Shown here one piece after another: positions 10,414 through 20,500 of a stretch of DNA of 64,000 bases. Every line of letters begins with the position of its first letter. Within the stretch, counting starts at the first letter, position 1. The notes under the pieces were generated by a model. The model worked only from the letters and a program-made list of their open reading frames with translations. It searched no databases and was not told the DNA's origin. This DNA is from an uncultured Candidatus Binatia bacterium (GTDB lineage Bacteria > Desulfobacterota > Binatia > UBA9968 > JAJDTQ01): positions 480,001 to 544,000 of the forward strand of contig OZ219754.1 of assembly GCA_964291295.2 (NCBI GenBank), read 5' to 3'. The position numbers and the translations under genes were made by a program.

Positions 10414-10893
10414 CTATCGCTTCGGCTCCGTCAACAGGCAGCGCAACGCGGTCAGCACCCGTCGCGGGTGCCGGCGGTGCATGGCCATGCCCAGCCAGTA
10501 TGCCGCCTCCTCGCGTCCCATTGCCTCGACTCCCTCGGCCACCGCTCGCATGTTGCCGCGGCTGCGCATCGGCGCCAACGTGCGGAACAGAAGACCCAGC
10601 ACCAGGGCGAGATCCTCCGTCAACGCATAGCCCCGCCTTGTCGCATCGACCCGCCGGCCAAGCTTGACGCCGGCCTGCGACAACCTTCTCAGCACCCGGT
10701 GCTCCACCAGTTCGAGATTGCGGCCCCGAAGCCCGGCGACGCGCAGCGCGGTGGTCACGTGGGGCGAGGCGGCCGCGGGCAGTTGCCAGATCTCGTATTC
10801 CGCGTCCACCGGCCCATGACGCCGTACCCGCAACTCGTAACGCGGCGCGGAGTCGGGTGTCTCGACCTGCGATATGCGTTCCAGCCGCGCCAT
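10414..10893 (-). CDS. Small accessory protein of the DUF499-DUF1156 system
   Basis: Directly abuts the DUF499 stop (TAG-ATG); C-terminal EEAAYWLG...RVLTALRCLL. Confidence 0.8.
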   Translation of the reverse strand: MARLERISQVETPDSAPRYELRVRRHGPVDAEYEIWQLPAAASPHVTTALRVAGLRGRNLELVEHRVLRRLSQAGVKLGRRVDATRRGYALTEDLALVLGLLFRTLAPMRSRGNMRAVAEGVEAMGREEAAYWLGMAMHRRHPRRVLTALRCLLTEPKR

Positions 10894-13800
10894 CTAGGGC
10901 CTGGCCCTTGCCGTGGCCGACACGTACGCGGCACCGCTCGCGAATCGGCTCAGCCGTTCGGTGAGCTTTTCCGCGGCGTCGCCTTCCATTGACAGCCCCT
11001 TCTCGAAGGTCAACTCGAATCCCGCTTCCAGCGTTCTCGAAACGGCGTCGCGCAACTGCGGCTCGACGAACTCCCGAACCGGCTGCGCATCCGACACCGG
11101 TCCACGAAACTCCAGTTCCAACGATCCGCCGTCACGGGTCTCATAGCCGCCGGTGAGGGCGACGGTCTTGTCCGCCCCGGACACGGCACCCACGACCCCC
11201 AGCAGCCGGAAAGCGTCGCTGACCTCGAACATGCGGATGGTCAACACCGCGATGGCCTTCACATTCCGCGTGCGGGCCTGTTCCCACAGCCGCACAAGCG
11301 CTTCCCGGAGGACACCCTCCGCAGTGAAAGCGTCGGGCGCGGCCGGACCGGGGCCGACGGGCGCCGGGTCCCATCCATCCCCCGTCGGGTCGTGTACTGC
11401 ACCCCCGCCGTCCGGGTCCGCTGAAGGCTCCGGCGGTTCAACCGGTTTCCGCGGCCAGAGACCATGATGCTTCGCCCAGGCCATGGTGAGGATCGTGGAC
11501 TGCTCGTCGATCTCGATCCTTGACGCCGGGTCTCCGGGGCCGCACAGCATCTCTCCGCGCTGGTACACATATTCGCCCTGCTCGACGCCATTCCGCACGC
11601 CGCGAACGAAGACGTCGTCGCCCACCAGGATCGGCAGCGCCGGGTCCCTGCGGAACTCGTCCCGCAGCGACAACGTCGAGAGTTGTCCCTGCTTGAGCGG
11701 CGTCCGGTCGCGCACATAGGCCGGCGAATCCGGTTCGTCTTCGGACAGCCGCAGTTTCTTTAGATCGCGCAGTGCCCGCACGATCTGTTGCTGCCCCGCA
11801 CCCGGCCGGTCGGACGCGGCATGGATGTCGATGGCCGAATGCGCCAGATCCACCTCGCTCGCGCCGACGCGGTTGCGGGACGGGTAGAAGACATGCCGGT
11901 AGCACTGTTGAATGGCGATGGCGAGTTCCTGCTCCGACCGCGCCTTCAGCTCGCGCACCTGGGCCTGCTGGTGCTCCGCCAGTTCCACAAGCCGGTCCGG
12001 CTTCTTCATCTCCCCCAGCGCCAGCCGCCGATACGTCTTGCCGCGCATCTCCTCCTTGCGCTCCTCGTCAGCGACCACAAAGATCAGATTGTTCCGGAGC
12101 GCCCGCAAGGCAGCGCCCTCCGAACCCTTCCTCGTATGGATGCGCTCGATCAATTCCGGCACGCGCTCCACCGAGGCGCCCACCGTCACCGCCTCGTAGC
12201 CCAGGACAACCAGCTTGGGACGACCGTCCGCCACCTCATCGGCCACGTCGAACGGGCCGCCGGGGAACGGCACCGCGTCAAGCGTGTCGCCCTCGAATAT
12301 CTGCCTGATCCGGTCGTTCAGTTCCGCACGCGCTTCTCCGGCATCAATGTGGTCCTCCGTCCGGCGGATCATCTGCCGCAGATTCGCCTCGGCCAGGAAG
12401 CGCATCGGCGCACCGGGGCGGTCGTCGAGATAAGCCGACTCGGCAATGAACTTCTTGCGCGCCTCCTCGATGAAGCTGATGTCCGCGGCGGGTCCCAGCA
12501 CCGACCAGCGCAGCCGCTCCGGAGAAATCCCCTTCAGGGGTTCGTTGAAGGCAAGCGAGTGCATGAAGACCGTGCGAGCGACATGGCACGCGTAAGGCGG
12601 CAGGCCGCCGTGGTGAGCCGCATCGATCTCCTGGGCCAAGGCCTTCTTCCCGGCCGATCCGGCGGAGATGTCGTTGGAGATGGCCGGCCCATAGGCGGAC
12701 TGCCCGAGCCGCGTCACGATCTCCCGACGGATCGGCTCGTGGCCGGGGTCGATGTGGTGCAGGTGAATGGCTGTCGCGTCGCCGGGCTTCTCCTCCCAAA
12801 GGTGCGCCACGGTACGCGCCAGCAGCCGCAACATGCCCCGCACGCGCTGGAAATTGCCGAGCGTCGCCGTCTTTGCCGTCAGGGTCTCCAGGACTTCCGG
12901 ATGCAGGGGCCAGCTCGAACGGAACGCCTCGCCGGTCTCGGACCGGACCGCCCTCTCCGGCAACGCCCCCTGATGGGCGTTCCACTGCGCCCGATAGGCA
13001 TCGGCCGCCGCATCCGCGGCGGCCTCGTCGATGGATTCGAACAGGCGGCGGCGCAGCACCTGAGCCGTCTCGTCCTCTTCCGTGGGGTTCAGCAGCGTTG
13101 CCTTGCGCGCCGACACGCTTTCGGCCTCGGCCATCCGGTCCGCGATGAACTGGTTTTCGTCGCTGTAGGCATCGGTGGTCCGTCCCTCCTTGCCGATGGC
13201 CAAGGTGTAGACCAGAACCGCCTGGGGCGTGCTTTCCACAGCCTTGAACAGCGAGGTCAGGAACGCCGTCAACTGGTCGCGGGCGTTGTTCCCGACGCTG
13301 TGGACCTTGCGCAGGTAAACCGAAAGCTCGTCGAGCAGAATCAGGGCGGGTTCGCCGCCGAACAGCTCGCGCAGGGTCTCGGCACCCGGTGCGATACGGC
13401 TCTCATCGCTCCGGCGCACCCGCTCGTACCCGTCCCTGCCGCCCAGCGCGGAGGCCATCTCGCCCCACGGGGTGTAGGCGAGATGGCCCTGTTCCATCCT
13501 GCGGCCATTGGCCGGGTCGGCGTTCTCGCCGTCAAAGGCGGCGATGCGTACCCGCCGGTGCGGCAGACGTGCGGGGTCGACGAAATCCGCCATGTTCGGC
13601 ACATCGACTCCGCTGCGCGCGGCATGGCAGAGTGCGATCAAGCCGTGGGACTTGCCGCCGCCATAGGAGGTATCGAGTCGGAATATCGACGCGGCCTCCC
13701 CGCCCGCGCCGCTCAATCGCCCGCACACATTGTCGAGGAGATTCCTGAGCCCCCGGGTCGGGTAGGTGTTGGCGAAGAAGCGTACCGGATCAATGTAGTC

Positions 13801-13920
13801 GGCGGCGCCCCTGCAGGCGATCACTTGCGCCAGATCGGCCGCGAAATCGGCCTCCGTCACCACCCCGGCCAGAACGTCCGGACGCGGACGGCAGGTTTCG
13901 AATATCGTCGGGACGTTCAT
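10894..13920 (-). CDS. DUF499 AAA+ ATPase (BrxC-related)
   Basis: FAADL, FFANTYPT, Walker A TSYGGGKSH, Walker B LILLDEL, FQRVRGMLRLL. Confidence 0.9.
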   Translation of the reverse strand: MNVPTIFETCRPRPDVLAGVVTEADFAADLAQVIACRGAADYIDPVRFFANTYPTRGLRNLLDNVCGRLSGAGGEAASIFRLDTSYGGGKSHGLIALCHAARSGVDVPNMADFVDPARLPHRRVRIAAFDGENADPANGRRMEQGHLAYTPWGEMASALGGRDGYERVRRSDESRIAPGAETLRELFGGEPALILLDELSVYLRKVHSVGNNARDQLTAFLTSLFKAVESTPQAVLVYTLAIGKEGRTTDAYSDENQFIADRMAEAESVSARKATLLNPTEEDETAQVLRRRLFESIDEAAADAAADAYRAQWNAHQGALPERAVRSETGEAFRSSWPLHPEVLETLTAKTATLGNFQRVRGMLRLLARTVAHLWEEKPGDATAIHLHHIDPGHEPIRREIVTRLGQSAYGPAISNDISAGSAGKKALAQEIDAAHHGGLPPYACHVARTVFMHSLAFNEPLKGISPERLRWSVLGPAADISFIEEARKKFIAESAYLDDRPGAPMRFLAEANLRQMIRRTEDHIDAGEARAELNDRIRQIFEGDTLDAVPFPGGPFDVADEVADGRPKLVVLGYEAVTVGASVERVPELIERIHTRKGSEGAALRALRNNLIFVVADEERKEEMRGKTYRRLALGEMKKPDRLVELAEHQQAQVRELKARSEQELAIAIQQCYRHVFYPSRNRVGASEVDLAHSAIDIHAASDRPGAGQQQIVRALRDLKKLRLSEDEPDSPAYVRDRTPLKQGQLSTLSLRDEFRRDPALPILVGDDVFVRGVRNGVEQGEYVYQRGEMLCGPGDPASRIEIDEQSTILTMAWAKHHGLWPRKPVEPPEPSADPDGGGAVHDPTGDGWDPAPVGPGPAAPDAFTAEGVLREALVRLWEQARTRNVKAIAVLTIRMFEVSDAFRLLGVVGAVSGADKTVALTGGYETRDGGSLELEFRGPVSDAQPVREFVEPQLRDAVSRTLEAGFELTFEKGLSMEGDAAEKLTERLSRFASGAAYVSATARARP

Positions 13921-14161
13921 CGCTGACTCACCGATCGCTTACCCCAAGCGCCCCGCATCGTCAAACGACCCGAGCCGGACCCCAACCGGGGTTTCGTCCC
14001 CGGAACGGGGAACTCGGCCGCGACATGCGAATCCACCGATCCATGGACCGACCCGGCCGATCCACGCGGACAGCTGTTCGCGAACGGATGAGCCAACGGA
14101 GGGCTTCCGAGCGGATGCGGGAGTGCATACGGAACGAACCGGGGGTGTGACGTTCCGGGGT

Positions 14162-14191
14162 TTGACGTTCGCCGCCGGGGACCCCTATCTT
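14162..14191 (+). promoter_or_regulatory. Sigma70-like promoter, probably leaderless
   Basis: TTGACG-18 nt-TATCTT, with ATG 14199 only 7 nt downstream and no SD. Confidence 0.5.
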
Positions 14192-14198
14192 TGCAGCC

Positions 14199-15428
14199 AT
14201 GTTTGCGCTGGGATCCTGCCTGAGACGTGTCCACGCCCGTGCCGCGAAGCGCTGGGCCGGAGAAGTCGAGCGGTGCGTGACGGTGGACCATCTCCGCCAG
14301 GTGATGGAGCGGCGCGTGCCTCCCATCGTCCGGGAATACTACCGCGGGGGTGCCGACAACGAGATCACCCTCCGGGACAATGTCGCGGCGTTCGAGAGGG
14401 AACGGTTCAAGCCCCGATCCGGAGTGCACCTTGATTCGGTGGAAATGCGCACCGAAATTCTCGGACACCGCATCGACCTCCCGGTGCTGGCAGGCCCCAT
14501 CGGCAGCCCCAGGATGATCTGGCCCCGCGGCGAGGCGGCCGCGGCCAGGGCGGCGGGCGATGCCGGCACCATCTGTACGCTCTCCACGTTGACCGGGACC
14601 GACCTGGAGGAAGTCCGGGCCGCCTCGAAGGGGCCTTGCTGGTTCCAGCTCTATCTGGTGGGCGGTGCGGAAGTGGCGGCACGGGGAATCGAACGGGCCA
14701 GAAAGGCGGGCTATTCGGCTCTCCTTCTCACCATCGACACCGCCGTCCCCGGAAACCGCGCCCACCACGAGTGGATGGGCGCGTCACGGGCCATCAACGG
14801 CACCCCGGTCCAACGACTCGGATTCGCACCTCAGATGATCCGGCATCTCTCCTGGCTCGTGAGCTACCTCTCGGACGGCGGGATGATGCAGTTTCGCAAC
14901 GTCATCCTGAACGACGGGACCCCCATGCCGTACACGGATATCGGGACGCAACTGCGCGCCTCCGCCGCCACTTGGGAGCATCTGCCCTGGGTGCGGGAAA
15001 TCTGGGGTGACAGGCCCGTGATCATCAAGGGCGTACAGTGCGTCGAGGATGCGGAACTGGCGGTGCTACATGGAGCGGACGCCATCGTCGTCTCCAACCA
15101 TGGCGGGCGTCAGATGGACCGCGTTTACCCGACCCTGTACATGCTGAAGGAGATTGCCCCCGCTCTGAAGGGTTCCGGGATCAAGGTGCTGCTGGACGGG
15201 GGCATCCGGTCCGGCGCCGATGTCGTCATCGCCCTGGCGCATGGAGCCGATGCCGTCCTTGCCGGACGGGCATACGTATACGGACTCGGCGCGGGCGGCG
15301 AAGCGGGCGTTCGCAGGGCATTCGCCATACTGAAAAGAGAGATCGAAGACACCCTGCGCCTTCTGGGTTGTGGCTCGATTCACGACCTGAACGCCGCCAC
15401 CCACCTCCTGCCGCATCCTTTCACGTAG
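14199..15428 (+). CDS. FMN-dependent alpha-hydroxy acid oxidase/dehydrogenase (LldD/glycolate oxidase family)
   Basis: WFQLY, VIIKGV, VSNHGGRQMD, LDGGIRSGAD. Confidence 0.92.
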   Translation: MFALGSCLRRVHARAAKRWAGEVERCVTVDHLRQVMERRVPPIVREYYRGGADNEITLRDNVAAFERERFKPRSGVHLDSVEMRTEILGHRIDLPVLAGPIGSPRMIWPRGEAAAARAAGDAGTICTLSTLTGTDLEEVRAASKGPCWFQLYLVGGAEVAARGIERARKAGYSALLLTIDTAVPGNRAHHEWMGASRAINGTPVQRLGFAPQMIRHLSWLVSYLSDGGMMQFRNVILNDGTPMPYTDIGTQLRASAATWEHLPWVREIWGDRPVIIKGVQCVEDAELAVLHGADAIVVSNHGGRQMDRVYPTLYMLKEIAPALKGSGIKVLLDGGIRSGADVVIALAHGADAVLAGRAYVYGLGAGGEAGVRRAFAILKREIEDTLRLLGCGSIHDLNAATHLLPHPFT

Positions 15429-15770
15429 AGCCGGCCGCGAGCCGTTCCCGCCGTCCTCCACAGGCACGGCCCGGCCTCCGGCTCGCCAGCGACAGACCAG
15501 TTCCCGGTTGCCATCGACGAATTCTACGCCATTTCGCGCAATCAAACCCATCACTTCACGAACTGACGTGAACTGATGGGTTTCGCGAACCGACGGGTTC
15601 CATTGGACATGAGCACCCCGAATATTGCATGATCCCTCTGGTCTTGGTAGAAATTCAATATTGTTATGTTTTCAGTGGATTCTGGCATCATTCTATTATC
15701 AATTTCGCGGTCCGTGAAGAGTTCGTCAAGTCCCGTATGGCCATTCGACGGCGCATGAGGGGAACAGTTC

Positions 15771-16391
15771 ATGGGTAGACCGAAGGAATTCGACGAACAC
15801 GCCGCCCTGATGAAGGCCATGAGGCTCTTCTGGGTCCATGGATACAAGGCGACGTCGATACAGGATCTTGTGGACGGCATGGGGATAGGCCGGGGCAGCC
15901 TGTACGGAACTTTCGGCGGGAAACGCGCCCTCTTCATCAGAGCGTTGCGCCACTACGATCAACAGCGCGCGGGTCTGCTGAAAGAGATCTCGACATCGAA
16001 CCCTCCACGCCGGGCGGTGCTGACTCCCTTCGAAGCGGTCGCGGACTCGGTCCTGGACGAAGGTACCCAGGACGGCTGTTTTCTGGTCAACACCGCCCTT
16101 GAACTTTCCGCTCACGATGCCGAGATCGGATCCATGGTTGCCGACGGTTTCGCCGACGCGGAAGACTTTTTCCGGACCACGATTGTACGAGGCCAAGCCT
16201 CCCGAGAGATCTCGGTCGGCGTGGACGCGGCTTCCATGGCGCAACTCCTCCACACCCTGCTGCTCGGCATGCTGGTGCTCGCGCGCAGCCGCCCCGAGCA
16301 GGTGCTGCTACGGTCCATCGTCAGACAAGTCGGCGAACTGGTACCCGAGCCGGGCCAGGATACCGCCCCTTCCCCCGCCCACACGCCCTGA
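15771..16391 (+). CDS. TetR/AcrR-family regulator (NemR/ComR-like)
   Basis: MGRPKEFD...LFWVHGYKATSIQDL...GSLYGTFGGKRALF; GCFLVN. Confidence 0.92.
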   Translation: MGRPKEFDEHAALMKAMRLFWVHGYKATSIQDLVDGMGIGRGSLYGTFGGKRALFIRALRHYDQQRAGLLKEISTSNPPRRAVLTPFEAVADSVLDEGTQDGCFLVNTALELSAHDAEIGSMVADGFADAEDFFRTTIVRGQASREISVGVDAASMAQLLHTLLLGMLVLARSRPEQVLLRSIVRQVGELVPEPGQDTAPSPAHTP

Positions 16392-17572
16392 TATACCGGC
16401 GGTGCCGGCCCGGTCCCGGTTCCGTTCACCGGGACACGCCTTGTTTCCAGTATCTTGCCCGACAGCACCCAGGCGGCCCCGATCCCTGCTCGCTCACGGT
16501 CCCCGATGCTCTGGACACGCCTGACCATGCGCGGCGGTTTCCATCATCAGGGTTTCACCATGGGCTTGCCCGGCATGACTTCGCCATCAGGCGTCATGCC
16601 GCCCCCGGTGGGCACGGTTCCTTTGAAACGAAAGGTGGTGGGGAAACACCGGTGCGGACGGCCTGCTGTACGGCATCGGAAGGCTGCGGACTGCGCTGCC
16701 GTGCGTCTTTCCCTCTGCCCCTCCGCCGCCCGGATGCTGAAGAAGCCGCCGCTGAACGTGCTCGTGTATGCTGCCGTCATCGCTTCTCGTCAGACCGACA
16801 GCTCCGATCACTGGCTCCTGTTGCCCCTTGAGCACGGAGACATTGTCAGCCGATAACGTATCCTCGATGATGGTGCCTGGAGCGTGGCGTGGCGGTCCGG
16901 ATCGATCCTGACGGTGTTCGGCGCAAAAATCGCCGTCACCGTTCGCCGTCACGGTCGCATCGGAAGCCCGATCATGAATACCATCGGGATCATGGAAACC
17001 GGGCACCCCGCGATCACGCGCGGCAAACCCAGGGGCAGGAATGTTGCCGGGGCATTGTGCCGCCCGCATCTGCCTTGAGATTCACCCCTGGGTCCAAGTT
17101 GACATGCTTGCAGCCTGGCGCCGCATCTCCGGTCGGTGAATTCGACCGGATCGCGCATCAGCCCGGGAAGCCGCGGGTACTCCGCGGCCTGTGTTCCTGC
17201 TACGGCATCGGCGGGAATGGCGCAGCCGCGGGACTTCCCCGTATCCCTGTCCGACCAAGCCAATGGGCCGTGTCCCTGCGCACCTCCGACCGCGCGGGCT
17301 TGCCGCACTCTCAATACAGCGCCTTGGGCGGATCCTGGCGAAAGCCGCCGATGCCCGCAACGGTTCACCGCGCTGTTCGATGAGGTCATTGCGGCCGGCG
17401 GCAGCCACGCCCGACTCCCTCCGTATCCGAAAGCCCTTCCAGGAAATCCCGCCCGGAGTCGGGAAACGCCCCCCGCGGTCTGCCGGCGGCGCGCCCCGGT
17501 GCCGAGGCCGAAAGAGCGCCCGGGGCGCCGCTGGCGCGGCACCCCGGCGAAGCGGCATTCGAGGGCCGGCGA

Positions 17573-20500
17573 TCAGCCCAGGAAGTCGAAATCCGCCTCG
17601 GTCAATTGCGAGACCTGAATCCCCTCGACCACGATCGAGAACGTATTGTCGGGGTCGCCGATCACCGTGTCCTCGCCGCTTTGCTTGATGTCGAGATCGG
17701 AGAACTTCAGGCCGCCCTTGATGACGATGATGTCCTGCCCGTCCTCGAAATCGCGGATGTGGTCGGTTTCGGATTCGTTGTCGAAAACGAACCGGTCGGC
17801 ACCTCGGCCGCCCAGCAGCGTGTCGTCGCCCCGGCCGCCCTCAAGGGTGTCGTCGCCCTGGCCGCCTTCAAGGGCGTCGTTGCCGGCCCCACCGTTGAGG
17901 GTGTCGTCGCCGCCGTAGCTGTAGAACCAATCGTCGGCGCCGGTGCCGTTGAAGGTGTCGTCACCCTGGTCGCCCATGAAAGAGTTGCCGCGGAAGGAGT
18001 TGGGTTGGAAGATGAAGTCGTTTTCGTCCAAGGTGTGTGCCGACACGCCCGACAGGGTGATGGTGTCGCCGTCGCCGTAGCGGATGACGGCGTCGGCGCC
18101 GTCCTGCTCAATGACCAGCGCCGCAAACTCGATGGTTCCAAAGGGGAGTCCATTGCCGCCGTTGCCAATGAATTCGATCCTGTCGCCTGCCCCGAAGTCG
18201 GTAATGGTATCGTGCCCATCTCCCCGCGAAGAGAAACGGAAGGTGTCGACGCCCCGGCCGCCCGTCAGCGTGTCGTCGCCGTCGTCGCCGTTCAGCAAGT
18301 CGCCGCCGGCCCCACCGTCGAGAGTGTCGTCGCCGAACCCGCCATTCAGCCCGTCATCGCCGTCGCCACCCGTCAGCGTGTCGTCGCCGAACCCGCCGTA
18401 AAGCCTGTCGTCGCCGGCCCCGCCGTTGATGGTGTCGTCACCGCCCTTGCCGGAGATCATGTCGTTTCCGAACCCGCCGTTCAGCGTGTCGTCGCCGTCG
18501 CCGCCGTTCAGCTCGTCGCTGTAGAAGAGAAAGTCGTCGTCGCCCAAGGAGTCCGCCGACACGCCCGACAACCGGATCGTATCGCCGTCGCCGTAGCGGA
18601 TAACGGCGTCGGTGCCGTCCTGCTCAATGACCAGCGCCGCGGACGCGCCGGACACGCCATCGAAGCGAATCTTGTCCCCCGCTCCGAAATCGGTGATCGT
18701 GTCGGTTCCATCTCTCGCCTGGAACCTGAAGATGTCGTTACCCTGGCCACCCTCCAAAGTGTCATTGCCGGTGCCGCCGTTCAGCGTGTCGTCGTCGTCG
18801 CCGCCGTTCAGCGTGTCGTCGCCGTCCTCGCCGTACAGATGGTCGTCGCCGACCCCGCCGTTCAACGTGTCATCGCCCTCGCCGCCGTATAGACGTTCGT
18901 ACCAGGAGCCGTCGTTGTCGCCGCCGTTCAGCGTGTCGTCGCCCTCGCCGCCGTATAGATCGTCGTCGCCGTCGCCGCCGTTCAGCGTGTCGTCACCCTC
19001 GCCGCCGTATAGATCGTCGCGGCCGTCGCCGCCATCAAGGGTATCCTCGCCGTCGCCACCGCTCAAGCTGTCCTCGCCGTCGCCGCCATTCAACGTGTCG
19101 TCGCCCTCGTCGCCGTATAGATTGTCGCGGCCGTCGCCGCCATCAAGGGTATCCTCGCCGTCGCCACCGCTCAAGCTGTCCTCGCCGTCGCCGCCATTCA
19201 ACGTGTCGTCGCCCTCGTCGCCGTATAGATTGTCGCGGCCGTCGCCGCCATCAAGGGTATCCTCGCCGTCGCCACCGCTCAACTCGTCGTCGCCGTCGCC
19301 GCCGTCCAACGTATCCTCGCCGTCGCCACCGCTCAACTCGTCGTCGCCGTCGCCGCCGTTCAGCGTATCCTCGCCGTCGCCACCGCTCAACTCGTCGTCG
19401 CCGTCGCCGCCGTTCAGCGTATCCTCGCCGTCGCCACCGCTCAACTCGTCGTCGCCGTCGCCGCCGTTCAGCGTGTCGTCGCCCCTGCCGCCCCGGAGGT
19501 CGTCGTCGCCGCCGCCACCGTTCAACTCGTCGTCGCCTTCGCCGCCGTTCAGCAAGTCTTCGCCGTCGCCCCCGTCCAGCGTGTCGTCGCCGTCGTGGAT
19601 ATTGACGCCAGGCGGGACGTCGGAAGACAGGATGAAGTCATCTGCGCCCAAGGAGTCCGCCGACACGCCTGTCAGCCTGATCGTGTCGCCCCTGTCGCCG
19701 TAGCGGATGACAGCATCAGCGCCGTCCTGCTTGATGACCAGACCCGCGAACCCGCCGGACACGCCGGCGATCTCGATCCTGTCTCCGGACTTGAAGTCGG
19801 TGATCGTGTCGGCGCCGTCCACGATTGTGAATACGAAGGTGTCCGCCCCCGCGTCGCCCGTCAGCGTGTCGTCACCCCTCCCTCCCCGCAGCCTGTCGTC
19901 GCCCTCGCCGCCCACCAGCGTGTCGTCGCCGAACCCGCCATCGAGCCTGTCGTTGCCCGCGTCGCCCGTCAGTGTGTCGTCGCCCCTGCCGCCCTGCAGC
20001 GTGTCGTCGCCCTCGCCGCCCACCAGCGTGTCGCCGCCGTCCCCGCCAAGGAGCCAGTCTCTGCCCTTGCCGCCTTCGCGGGTGATGCCGGGCGCGTTTT
20101 CATCGACTTCATCGCCGCTGGGCGTTATCCACGGCGGCGCAGAGCGTCCGGAGACTGTGATGTTCTCGTCGAAGACCAGAAAGTCCGCCGACACACCCGA
20201 CAAGGTGATGGTGTCGCCGTCGCCGTAATGGATGACGGCGTCGCCGCCGACCTGTTCGATACGCAGCGATGCGACCAGCGATTGGACGTTGCCCGTTATC
20301 CTGATCGTATCGCCTTCCCCGAAATCGGTGATCGTGTCGTGCCCGCCTCCCGCACGGAAGTTGAAGGTATCGTCGCCCTTGCCGCCCGTCAGCGTATCGT
20401 CGCCGACATGGCCCCAGAGCCTGTCGTCGCCGTCACCGCCGTCGAGCGTATCGTCGCCGCCACCGCCGCCGATAGAGTCATTGCCGTCGCCGCCATAGAT

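Noticed and set aside
448-13926. Very long plus-strand ORFs (448-2949, 3693-6236, 11788-13926), and similar ones such as 19595-22555, 37393-42072 and 43201-46065
   Set aside because: Antisense shadows of well-supported minus-strand genes in high-GC DNA; no motifs.
16392-17570. Several 130-200 aa ORFs on both strands
   Set aside because: No recognisable motifs, SDs or consistent codon bias; not annotated as CDS.
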